Shown here piece after piece: positions 39,991 through 53,042 of a stretch of 64,000 nt of DNA. Made by a program: the position numbers and the translations under genes. The DNA comes from the human T2T-CHM13v2.0 reference genome, Homo sapiens: the NCBI RefSeq assembly GCF_009914755.1, contig NC_060931.1. The stretch is one strand, 5' to 3'. The stretch's first letter is position 1. The number at the start of each line of letters is the position of its first letter. The notes beneath the pieces were generated by a model that saw only the letters and a program-made list of their open reading frames with translations, was not told the DNA's origin and did no database searches.

Positions 39991-42481
39991 AGTCGATTCC
40001 ATAAAAAAATGAAAGGAATGAAATCTAGAGCTAGCTATGGACTAAGGGAGTGAGGGAGTGAGGGTAGACAAGTTGGGGTGTGAAAACACAGGTCACGGAG
40101 ACGGTGTTTTGTTGTATAGTCATTTCCAATAAGTAGGAAAACAATTTGCATATTATTAACATTTCAAGTTTGTATTCAATGTAATTACCATTCAATTTCC
40201 TTCCAACTATACATCATTTTGTAATAGCTTTGGGGTGGGATAAGGGGAGGGATCTGAACCAGTAATTCATTGTCGTTTGTGGTCAGCTCCAGTATATTCT
40301 AATAACTGAACGTGTCAAAAGCCTAAAGCTTTTTCATTTTGTGCTATATTTAATAGAAAAAGAAAAGAAGAATTGGGAAGACTTACTTATGCAGTCCCAT
40401 CTCACTTGCCAGCACCACCTCCCTTTCTTTGTAGATGAAGAATGGGACTCCTTTCACTTTTAGTTCTATTAAAATAGCTCTGGCTTTCTCTGTGGTTAAA
40501 AATATGAGCTTGATATCGCTCAGGTAGTGACACAAGGTAAACGCTAATACAGGACCAACTCCCATAGCTATTTAGAAAAAAAAATCCTCCTCTGTTAGCT
40601 ATTTCTATCACAATTTACAAGGAGAGTTGATTTACAGAAGAATTAGCAGTAATAGCCACAAACACTGTTGAATCAATCTGGACAAAGCACTCCACTTGCC
40701 CCAAACAACCCCTCATTGTTCACGGTGGTAATCTGTTCATTTTAAAAGTATTATCTAGTGCTTTGGAGTTTGTCCCTCAAGAACAGCATGAGCCTCCACT
40801 GTACCAGGACTTCCTCGCTTAGCATTTCTAAAACCTCTTAAATCTGGGAACATACTTTGTAAGATTTGTTTTAAATGATATTTGAACCTACATGGTGTCA
40901 TAATATATTCTATCATTGTGTGTAAAAAGAAGAATTCTTTTCCAATGAGCTTTATTGAGCTTTAGACTCTGACTTGGGGACTGGAAAGAGGAAGAAACAA
41001 TTCCTTTAAATGATTCTCTCTTAAAGTAAAAAGAGACAACAAGGGAATCATAGAATGTTCAACATTTGCTACTGACTCTCTCAAAGTGTACGTGAGAATT
41101 TTTAAAGCTCCAGAGGTGGTGTTCACAGCTACGCTATCGATCGAGTGTTTCTTGAGAGGGAGTCTTCTTTTCTCCATACCAGGTGATGCTCCGTGCTCTG
41201 GGGTCACAGGAGAGGGGCATCTGCCCTGTCCACAGCCTGACAGAGCCAAAGGCAAGCTCAGACAGCTGTGACACCTAATTATGGGTCTTCCCATGAAGTC
41301 TGAAAAATGGCTGAACTTGGTCCAGCCCTAGTGTAAATAGAACAAAATAAGCATATTTGCTGGAAGTGAGGCTGGTCTTTAAAATTCATAATCACACATA
41401 TGGCTCCATGAACCATCTGCACCAAGCCATGTCTGTGTGTGACTTTTGGCTCTGGGCTATTTGCTATTACTTGCTGTGGACCAGGTGCAGATTCCTTCTT
41501 TCTCTCTCAGCCCCCACATTCACATATTTCTCAGAAAAGAAATTCCATTGGAATCAGAGGTGAAAAGCTAAAACCTGTGGCCTGGGTGATCTACCATTTT
41601 GACTTCTGTCACCTAAAACCCTAGTTCCGCCTAGTGCAGAGATTTTTACCACTTGAATGCACTGATGTGTGACAGAGAAGAGTATGTTGTGTTTATATTT
41701 CCCCCATACCCCCTGCCAACAGCCATTCCCACCACGAGAACCCCCAGGGAGCAGTGGAAAGAGGAATCTCAGGAAAGTGGTGTCTATGAAGTACATCAGA
41801 GTTCTGGGGCAAAGTCCTGAGGCAAGAGATTGTTAGACAGGGCAAGGAGAGAATGGATAGCTGGGGAATTTAGCCCCATTTCCTTTTCTTAAACTCAGTA
41901 AAGAGATGACCTCCAAGGTGACTCCCAGGACACCCTTACACAAACCCAAGATGGTTACATCAGATTAAAAACAGCTGCATCTGAGATAGAGGAAGGCCAC
42001 AGTTCAGACCACCTGCATCTTCCTCAGCTCCTAGGCAGGAAGGAGGAAGATTTCAGAGGTCCCCTGTGCCCTGCAAAGGGACAGGAAGCAGCTGATAGTG
42101 CTGACTGGAGGGATTATTAGGGGCACTGCCATGGATGAGGGACAGAGGGTCAGGGATCAAATAGGTGCTACAGCCAGACCTCAGCTGGATCCATAGTGCC
42201 AGGAGGAGCTGAACAGGGACAAGCTGGTGGGGAGAAAGGCAGTCCCAGACATTAGCTAGAGATGTCACTAAGACTTCCTGTGACCAAGCAGACAAGAGAT
42301 ATCACCATGGAGTCAAGAGGAACCAGAGGACAATACAAGACCCTGCTGTCTTGGAGAGTAACAGCGAGCAGAATAAAGAAATCTCAAAGTCTAAGCATTT
42401 ACATTTTTTTAAGTGAGTTACCTAAAAAGAATGTTTAAATTGCTAGATTGGGTGGTTTCATGAATTGGATTATTATTAGTT

Positions 42482-42486
42482 TCTCT

Positions 42487-42531
<45 letters not shown>

Positions 42532-42538
42532 GTCTCTC
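42482..42538. repeat. (TC)n microsatellite
   Basis: Read directly from the sequence. Confidence 0.95.
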
Positions 42539-42901
42539 TGATATGGTTTGGCTGTGTCCCCACCCAATCTCACCTTGAATTGTAGCTCCCATAATCCCCA
42601 CATGTCAAGGGAGGGACCTCGCAAGAGGTAATTGACTCATGGGGGCTGGTTTTCCCGTGCTGTTCTCGTGACAGTGAATAAGTCTCATGAACACCGATGA
42701 TTTTATAAAGAGCAGTTCCCCTGCACATGCTCTCTTGCCTGCTGCCATGTAAGACATGTCTTTGCTCCTCTTTTGCCTTCTGCCATGATTGTGAGGCCTC
42801 CCCAGCCATGTGGAACTGTGAGTCCATTAAACCTCTTTTTCTTTATAAATTACCCAGTGTCAGCTATATATTTATTAGCAGCATGAGAACAGACTAATAC
42901 A
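42539..42901 (+). mobile_element. THE1 (THE1B/C-like) MaLR solo LTR with 5-bp TSD
   Basis: tgatatggtttggctgtgtcccc…aattacccagt…agactaataca. TSD CTCTC at 42534-42538 and 42902-42906. Confidence 0.92.
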
Positions 42902-42908
42902 CTCTCCC

Positions 42909-42910
<2 letters not shown>

Positions 42911-42939
<29 letters not shown>

Positions 42940-42976
42940 CATACATACATACATACACACACAAACACACACACAA
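42911..42976. repeat. (ACAT)n/(AC)n microsatellite
   Basis: Read directly from the sequence. Confidence 0.95.
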
Positions 42977-44954
42977 ACTGCCCCATCACCCAGCAGGGTG
43001 AGCTCATGAAGGTCAGGTCATACATAGGAAGTAAAGAAACCTCAGTTTCTCTGCACATCTGAATAAATCTGGCCCTGCTATATGTACAGCACTCAGCAAC
43101 TCCTTAGTGGCAGGCAGGGCATAGTGGAAGCAGAGATGGGCACAACTGTTGTAGTTTGGAGGTCCCTGCTGGAAGGGTGAAGGGTGTCTGCCCCAGGACC
43201 AAAGGGAGGAATATAGGGGTAGAAACAGGACCTGTACAGAAAATGCACAGTAGTTGGGAAGACATGAGACATGAGGTCACCAAACTACGTGAATTTATTA
43301 CCAGAAATAAAGATTCCTACTCTCGGACTTCTGTCTGTTCACTCCTACTAGCTCTTTTGATCTACTTGGTAAGGATTTATTCCCACCACTGTTACTTAAA
43401 ACTGACAGCTAGCCTTGTTGAATATACTCCCCAGAAAGCTTTCTTTAGCCTTCTTGTGGTATATTCACCTCCGTAGCAGCCAGTCAGCAGGCACTGATAA
43501 AGAGATAAGAATAGGAAAAAAAGACAGAAGATCTCTTGAAGAAGTAAGATATTGGTGATACTATTGGCATTGTTCTAAATCCAGTGCAATGATTCCCAAA
43601 GCCAACATTGCATTCTAATTTCCTGGGAATATTTTTTAAAGTACAGAAACCAAGGTCTGACTTTAGACCAGAGTGTGAAATGGCATAACAATTGATGGTA
43701 ATTCTGACCTTGTGGGGTGGGACAACACTTTCAGCCAAGTAATTGGAATAATTAAGCTACCTTGTCATGGTGTTAATTGTCTTAATAATTAAACGACCTT
43801 GTTATGGTTTGAATTATCCTGACAAGTGCTTTCTAAACTGTATACCACAGGACATCTAGCCCACAGGATGTTAACATGCATTGCTGGAGAGAAGATTTCT
43901 GTTGCACAAATATTTGAGAAATCCAGGTTAAACTAAGTTAAGCAAAGTTTGTTTGGTCTTCACCAGCTCAGAGCTTTTTACACTGATGTGCGCTTAGACT
44001 CTCCACGATGAAGCAATTGTGTACGTCATTTCCCTCCTAGATCTGACAAGGTCTTGTATTTTTCTTGTAAATCCCCCAGGATTAGAGGGTTTTATTGCAT
44101 GGGATTTGGCGAGTGCTGCTCTGGAGTGCTGTCACAGGGCTCTACTTCCCTGCTGATGCAGGTGCAGTCAGGGAAGGCATGGATTCAATGAACTTGACAT
44201 GAAGTGATGATTGTAAATTTAAAACGAGACAGTTTTTTTGTCACGCAAGGAAAGTGTCCTATTACAAATTAAGATACAAAGGTAATGGGCAGAAAACATG
44301 TAAGATTATACATTCGTGGACTTAAAATAGCAAATCATGGCATACAGCTATCTTTGAAACCAGTTTTTCTATTTTATGAATATTTCAATCACTTCTTTGG
44401 TTTTCTCTCATATCCAATTTTGTGGCATTATTACATTATGAACCTATGATCTCATAAATTAAACAGGCTCAGATAATTTGACATACTTCACTTTTACCTC
44501 ACAATGACGAGAGCATATTTTTAAACATCTCTCCCCCTTTTGTCTCTGAATACTACTTTTCTCTAATATTGTTTTCTGTCTCTCTCTGGACACTCTCTGA
44601 GGACCAGTTAACGTCATGTCAAGGACAAATGGGTGCATCATTATGACTGCCAAATCTCAAGGGTCCTGTTACATATTTGGATTGTTTTTCCTGAATAAAG
44701 CATAGAATCTCCAACGCTCATTAATTCTTCTATATTCACATGCTTTTGGTTAGAAGAACTTCTGCTCAAGACTACAAACCAATGGGTTTTTTTAAATATA
44801 TATATTTTTTCCTTTCTTATAGTCAGAAAACCAACAATAATTTGTTTACTCACCACAGAACATTCTCAATTACAATGCTGGTATATATTTTTTCTCAGGT
44901 TTTATTTAATACTTTTCCTAACACTTCCTAAGTAACAGAAGGGTTTGGTTTCTT

Positions 44955-44981
44955 TGTGTGTGTGTGTGTGTGTGTGTGTGT
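44955..44981. repeat. (TG)n microsatellite
   Basis: Read directly from the sequence. Confidence 0.95.
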
Positions 44982-45149
44982 TTACTATACTGAAAAATGT
45001 GAGATACAAATAAAGTTTTAATTCATGTTCTTTTAAAAGAGAATAATCGAAATAAGTATTTCACAAATACCTATCATTAGAAATTCCTTTCATAGTCTCC
45101 CACAAATTTTCTTAAATTTTAAAAACCTTTGCTTTATTTGTATTTTTAA

Positions 45150-45790
45150 AAGAATCTATGGTTATTGTGGGAAATTTATAAAATACCTATTAGAAAATAA
45201 AATCACATAAAATTGTACCACCTAGGGATTACAACTATTAACATAAAATGTTTATATAATTATTATATTGTATCATGTATCCATAGAGTTTAAACTTCTC
45301 TACAAAATTTATTTGATAGTATGCTTTAACACTTAATGTATTATAAACACTTTCCCTTGTTATTAAGAGTTTTTCTCTGATATAATTTTAATAACAGCAT
45401 AGTTTGTCTCTAAATATACATATCATAATTTATAAAATCCACTATTGCAGGACATTTAGGTTGTTTCTGATTTTTGCTGTCATAAACTGTATTAAAATGA
45501 AAGTTTTGTAACTACATTTTTGTACACTTTTGTTATTTTGGCTTTTATTTGATTAAGACAAAATTCAGAAGTCCAATCAGGATTAAAGGAGAGAAATATT
45601 TCTAAATTTGTTGATGCTTATTGCTAAGCATCTAAACACTTATAGCAACCTCCTCTTTTTCTCCAGCAGAACGTGAGCGTGGCTACCTCTCCCAGTAATC
45701 ACAGAAACCTGGTAAGACTGTTTGGAAGGCAATGGAAATATATGTGCAAAAATGTTTTTTGTCTCATTTTTGTAATCCTTGGATTTTCAA
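45150..45790 (-). mobile_element. Old L1ME 3' fragment
   Basis: ggacatttaggttgtttctgatttttgctgtcataaac…aacctcctc…ccagcagaacgtgagcgtg. Confidence 0.55.
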
Positions 45791-46001
45791 TGGAAATTTT
45801 GGAAAGGGCAGAAATAAAGGGCTTGAGATAAGATGACCATCTTTCACTAGCGTGGCTTCCTCCATTGCAACTAGATTTCAACTGGAAGAAGTTATTTATA
45901 TTTCTAATATAAAAGAGTAAAGAAGTTACCTGCTCCCCTCCCTGCCTCTGTCTGAAGCGCTCCATAATTCATGCAGCCTGGCATCCTGTCAGTGCCCTTA
46001 G

Positions 46002-46360
<359 letters not shown>

Positions 46361-46750
46361 GGACAGTCCCGTTTCTACAACTCAGTCTTGCCTATAGGTC
46401 ACAATGCAGTGAAAAGCGGCAGCTGATAGTGTAAGCCCCGGGAGATCCCAAATGCCCGGTTATTAACAAGTGTTATATATTTTTAAAAAGCAATACAGAT
46501 TTTACATCATATATGAGAAGGGTGTTGAAATCAAGGGAAGAATAAGAGACAGGGTGGAAAAAAGGAGGCTTCCACGTGCGGGAGACAGAGAAGGACAAAG
46601 GCAGGTACAGTAATGAAAAGAATGTGTAAACCCTTAGTATGAGCAGGCCTATGTAAATAGCAGATTAATCTATTACCCAGTTCATTCTGCCCAAAGGCTT
46701 TCTTTAAACGGATCCTTGAATATGTTCCCCATTATAGTCTCATGGTAAGG

Positions 46751-46952
46751 GAGTGATTCTCAAGGGGGGTTGCAATTCTGTCCCCCACCGGAAATTAGCA
46801 ATGCCTGAAGACATTTCGGTTGTTAACAACAGGAAGGTGCTACTGGCATCTAATAGGTATGCAGGGATGCTGCTAAACATTCCACAATACACAGGACAGC
46901 CCCACAGCAAAAAATTATCTGGCTCAAAATGTCAGTTACGCCAAGAAACCTC
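46751..46952 (+). mobile_element. MER20 DNA transposon
   Basis: agtgattctcaa…gtgctactggcatctaat…agggatgctgctaaacattccacaatacacaggacagcccc…aattatctggctcaaaatgtca. Confidence 0.8.
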
Positions 46953-47334
46953 ACTCCAAGAAAAGCGAAAGTGTAGTATTTTTTCATATTGGAAAAGAGC
47001 AATACCATTGGCTAAATGTCTCTTTAATTAAAAATTAAAACCCACAAAAAGAAATGTTCAAAAGTAGAAAAAGAAAAATCCCTAGCCTATCACAGATACT
47101 CTCTACTTATATAATAATTGTTTTATAAGTCTTTCCAATTTTATTTCATATTCTCTCTCATCATATCAACCCATTTGTATTAAATGTCTGTTGCATAATT
47201 ACAAATACACAATAAATTATTTTATCAAATGCTTATTGTTCCTTATATGAAATACGCCATTCTAAAAGTTACACCTTCTAGAAAACAAGAAAAAGAACTA
47301 AGTAACATTCATTATCTTTTTATTCCTGGCTACC

Positions 47335-47755
47335 TTTTTTTTTTTTTACTGTAATATACAATCCTTTATTGAAAGTTGTGAAAGTACTACCAAAATATTA
47401 GGTTAGAGATGGTTTATCTTTTATATTAACAGTAAGTTAAAATTTACTACACAAACATAATGACTATCAATTAATAAATATGGAAACAAAACAGCTGTCA
47501 AAAATGTACTAGATATCCAATATCCCATATAATATTTATGTGAAGAAAAAAGCTCGGTAATTTTATACATATTCATATATAGCAATATATATTCATATAT
47601 TGCAGCTATATCACAACAAAATAAGGTTGTTGTCTATGAAGCCCTATTGACTTCTTGAGTATCCTAGAATTTTCTGTTTCAGAGTGTGGTTTTCAGCTTT
47701 AAAAATCTAAAAATTAAACTTTTTCAGTGTTGTCATTGTTTAATAAGTTCTTCAG
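47335..47755 (-). pseudogene. Candidate 5'-truncated processed retrocopy (mRNA 3' end) of an unidentified gene
   Basis: On the minus strand, AATAAA (47365-47370) lies 17 nt before A13 (47335-47347). Flanked by attcctggctacc / attcatgctacc. The body does not look like a repeat. Confidence 0.6.
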
Positions 47756-49780
47756 ATTCATGCTACCAAGAATGGTTCAATATTTTAAAATCTATTTATA
47801 TAATGTACCAAATAAATAAGTTCACAAAAGTCTATATGATCTTTTTGACAGATACTAAAAAAAAATTTGATGCAGTTCAATATTTTTCTTGATTTAAACA
47901 ATTACATAGTAAACCAGGAATTTAATGACTTTTTTAAATGATAAAGAATACATATTTGGAAACAATAGCCAGGATTATATTTACTGAACAAACAATAAAA
48001 GGATTCTATTAAGGACTGGAATAAGGCAAGGATGCCCTCTAGTAGCATTATTTACAAAAAAAAAAAAAATGGTTACGAATTATAGTCAATGAAATAAGAC
48101 CAAAAAAGTAGGTAGAAGGAATGAAAAATTGAACAAAAATTTCATTACTTTTAGATTATAAAAAGTTCAATAAATTTTAAAGCCATTAGAACACATAATG
48201 AAATATTATATAGTAAGTGATTACCAAACAGATACACAAAAATAAGTATCTTCCCATTAAAGGTTCAATAACATTTAAAAATATAAAGAAAGCTATTCTA
48301 TTCAATATAACAGCCAAAGTATATATCTAGGAAAAAATGTAAAAAGAAATTCTCTAATTCCATGTGAAGAAAACTATAAAGTTCTACTAAGGGATATAAA
48401 ATGAATATTGAAGAAAGTGAGATCCACATCATATTTTTGGATGGAAAAGCTTACCATTTTAAAGATATAAATTTCTTCTCAAATTAAATTCTAAACTATG
48501 GATTTGTTGCAAAATTTGAGAACTTATTATATAATTTAACATAGAAGGCTAAACTTTTAAACATAGCCAAGTAATTTCTAAACAAAAAGGAATTCAAAAG
48601 AGAAGTAATTTTATGTCTTGTCCTACCATCTATAAAAATATAAATTTTAAAAATAAAAACAATACAGCACTATTGTCAATATTGAGAAAACAATCTGATA
48701 GAATAAATAGAATTTCCAGGAAAAAATACTAAGTCACAGGATAGGACTTATATATGATAAATTTATTTCATAACAGTAAAAAAGTCTGAATTATTGAACA
48801 AATAGTATATAACGTTTGTCAAGTATAGCTGTAAAAATAATTAATGCATTTTTAACAACTTACCCCAAAATATTTTCCAAATGGAAAAGATTTAAAGATT
48901 TAAATGTAGAAAAGTAAACTCATACAAATACTTAAAATAAATGTAAGATATATATTGTATTTATATAATTTGTGAGTGGAAAAGGTTTCTCTAAGCATGG
49001 CATCAAAGCTTGAAAGCAGAAAAGACCAATAGAGCAAACAAACTAATAACAACTTATAATTGTAAAAGATTTAAAATTATATTAGGACATGAGAAAAAAT
49101 CTATTTACTACATATTATAACAAAGTATCATTTCTAAGAGACTTGTGAAATCAATAAAAACACAAATATGCTTTTTACGGAAAATATAAAAAGGAAATGA
49201 AAAAGCAATTCACAGAAGAACTATAAATGTCCAATAAGCCTAGAAGAATTCATGAGCCTCAGAAATGCAATTAAAATTTCACTGGGATTTCATTTTATTT
49301 ATTAAATTGGCTAGGATCATAAACAATAGTAAAACTCTGTGCTAAGCAGCACAGGAAAAAATGGTTGCTTTTGTAAATTGCTGATGGGTCTATAAATTAG
49401 TATGATCTTCTTGGTAGGCATTTGGCAATATTTGCCAGAAACTTGAAAAATGTAGGTATCCTTTGATTTAAAAATTTCTCTTCTAGTTATTCATCTAATA
49501 AAATAAATAAGCATATCCTGAAATATTCATTTACAGACATTCATCACTGTTCTGGCTATGGCAGCAAAGATGGAAAACAGCAAAGTTTCCACTAACAGGG
49601 AATTGATTAAAAACATTATTGTAATATCACACGATGAAAAAATCTTCAATTTTTATAGCTATCATTATCATTATAACACATGCAATTTAGAATTATGTAA
49701 TATATAGTATAATTATAATATTGATATACTATTTATAATATCGATTAACATTAAAAAGTTCATAATATATTGAGTGAAAT
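47756..49780 (+). mobile_element. Old L1 (L1ME-like) ORF2-to-3' fragment
   Basis: aagaatggttcaatatt…(QGWFNI-like), aaaatttgatgcagttcaata, ctggaataaggcaaggatgcc, aagcaattcacagaag, ttgctgatgggtctataaattag. Confidence 0.7.
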
Positions 49781-52643
49781 GGGTAGGTACACTTACTTAT
49801 CAGTTACCTGATAGAGTCTACATAATAGATCTGTCCTAGTCTTCCTAAACCAAATGCTGAGATTATCAAACAAGTATGTCTTATTTCTGAAATCAGAATG
49901 TTTTGTTTTCTGTTACATATCAGAATATTTTATAACTGCATATTTCATTTGAACAAATAAACTTCACATGCTAACTTATGGTAAGGCAAAAGCTGTACTA
50001 CTCTTTCCTAAGGAAATAATCATTAACTAGACTTAAGGCATTAAATAATGAATAGTGATTTTATAAAACCATTCTATTTCTAATGAAAATATTAAAATAT
50101 TTTCAGGAAAAATGAGATTTCTGAAAGAAAATTAAAAATTTTGCAAATGGGAGTCATGGGATACTACATAATATTGTTTTAAAATGCTAAACCAAATCTT
50201 GTCATATAAATCAGAAAAATATCTGAAGTTGTATGGAATGCTCAAAACTTTTAGTAAATTATAATTTATTTTCTGCTAGAAATTAAAGTCAAGAGATCCT
50301 ATTTTTACAAAAAGTCATAAAATACAAGGAAGAACTTTTTATAACCTTAAGAACAATGCTAATAATAAAGATATTCAACTGGTGAAAAATTCTAAAGAAC
50401 CAACTTTTCATACATCAGTACCCTGGTGAATTGTAAATGTCACTCAAATACCACAAGGTCAGATTCTTAGATCAATTCCTGCATTAATACTTCTTGTATA
50501 ACCTGCCAACCTTCAAGTACTATATACTCTAGTCAGCCTGGAATGTTGTATTATAATAACTTAAAAATTAAATATCAGGATAGTCTATTCTTTTCCCAAA
50601 GCTTCAAAGTGAGGAGCCCAAAATGGGAAGACTGATTCCTTAAGAGAGATTTCTCCAAAGATGAGAAAGATTTGCCTGAGTCAAATAGGAAGTCACTTGG
50701 TCAAACCCATTTATTATTACAATCTAATTATGTTTTACAGCTGCTCATGAGATGTCTAGGAAATTACATTTGCAACTTTAGTCAAAGGACCAATATTAAT
50801 GCTTATTTAATAATCAGTTCTTTGGGTATCTCTATTATTGAGATAAATATGATTGAGACATGATAGGAAGTGGTCATTTCTCTCATAAACGTATTCTGAC
50901 CTTCAACGTTGGTGTATAATTGCACATTTATACAAATGTATGTCATTTATAATTGCACATATGTATGTAGAACAGTGAACTTTGGCTGGTGGGAAAATTC
51001 AGAGTGAAGATTTTGAAGATTTTCTTGGTTTCATGAGTAATCATCCTTATCCACAAGAACAGAGAGTGCTATATGCAGCCTTTCGGAAAATGCCTGTCCT
51101 TTCAGCTACACACCACATTAGGACAGAAGCTGGAATCCAGCCTGAATTGACACAGGACTGGGCAATAGGAAGATAAAACATTCTAACTCTTCGTTTGGTT
51201 CTCATTAGAGCTAACAGTGAATCCAGATCTAGAGACACTGCTATTATAACACAAAATTTGCGAGCAAATCACCCAAAATAAAAAAAAAATCTATATACAA
51301 TTTTTAAAACTTCTCTTAGATTTAGAGTCCTAAAACAATTGTTAATTTTGCAGATTCTTCAGATTCTCCTGAATGGAGGTATCACATCTCCACTCACTTA
51401 AAAAAAAAATCTAAATCCACTGTGTCCAAATATTTAAATATGGAGCAAGTTTTATGTATAAGTATTACTCTACTGATCCCTGCTACATACTACTTCGACT
51501 CACTATAGAAATGGCTAAGAACAACTAAGAACTTTTTTCCAGCATTTACAGGTGGTCCATCATTTCTCTAAAGAAAAAAAAAACACTAAATAAAGATCTT
51601 ATTAAAACTCCCATCTCAATTGCAAGTAAAATTAATATTTTAATTGTAAATTATGCATCCTATCCTCTATGCTTCATGCCTATAACTGATTAACTTTAAA
51701 TGGCTTATGGAAAAAGGTTTGGATCCTCTGTCAATCAACCATATTTGTTGATGAAATAATTTTATCATCATAAATTAAGAGCATTTTATCCAGTAGTTGA
51801 ATGTGTTACCTAGTTATTATTCAACTAATAAATGTGGTAAAAAGTATGCTAGATTTTTTTAATTTTTACATTCTTTTATATATTGGCTGAACATACTTAC
51901 TATGGGCTGGATACTATATTAGATACTGTGGAGAATACAGGTGAAGCTGACATGGACCTTGGCCTCATACAGCTCACAGCCTAATAGTATGAATTCACTA
52001 TGAAATACCAAATGATTAGTTCCATTTAATATAATGAACACTTAAAGATTATCATTGTGCCATACAGTATTCTAGACCCAAGAAATAAAAAGCAAACAAG
52101 TCACAAATTGATAATATTCCACTTGGTTTCAAACATAAGAGAGAACATCTGTATTGTTGTGGATTCTTATAGAACATCTCTATTTTTATAGATTATTTAA
52201 GTATCATCACTCTAATATATAATTAGATGTCAGTAGACCTGGACTTTGTTATCTTGGCTTCCTGAAAAACAAAATACTGGATTAAAAAAAAATGTTATGC
52301 CATCTATTTTTACAAAACTTTTAGAGATGAAAATGTCTATTTGAAAAGATTATACCTTTTCTTGCAGGATTATCTTGTATAAGGAATCAGTAAAATAAAT
52401 CCCTTCTACACTTTAGAGCCAAAAAACAATTTCCCACGTTAACTGGACAATGGAAACTATACAATTTAATGTGCACAAATTTTTATCTTCTTTTAAAGCC
52501 CCTGTGGTCAAAATTTCCTTTATATTGCTATGAGCATAGTGGACATTGAATAAATAGGTTAGATGAATAATGAACACCAAACCAAATATTTCACTTTAGA
52601 CACACTTTCTTGTGCTCAAGTTGATACAAAATTGGTTAGTAGC

Positions 52644-53042
52644 TGATAAGGTTTGGCTGTGTCCCTACCCAAATCTTATCTTGAATTGTAGTTCCCATAA
52701 TCCCCATGTGTTAAGGGAGGAACCTGGTAGGAGGTAATCGAATCATGTGGGTGGTTACCCCCATGCTATTGTTCTCATGATAGTGAGTTCTCACAAGATC
52801 TGATGGTTTTAAACGGGACTTTTCCCCCTCTTGCTGGGCACTTCTTGCTGCAAGAAGGAGAATTGGGCACGTCTCCTTGCTTCTGTGAATAAGGACATGT
52901 TTGCTTCCCCTTCCCCCATGATTGTAAGTTTCCTGGGGCTTCCCCAGCCATGCTGAACTGTGAGTCAATTATACCTCTTTCCTTTATAAATTACCCAGTC
53001 TCAGGTATGTCTTTATTAGCAGCATGAGAATAGACTAATACA
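52644..53042 (+). mobile_element. THE1D-like MaLR solo LTR
   Basis: tgataaggtttggctgtgtccc…gattgtaagtttcctg…aattacccagtctcaggtatgtc…agactaataca. Near-TSD gtagc/ctagc. Confidence 0.9.
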
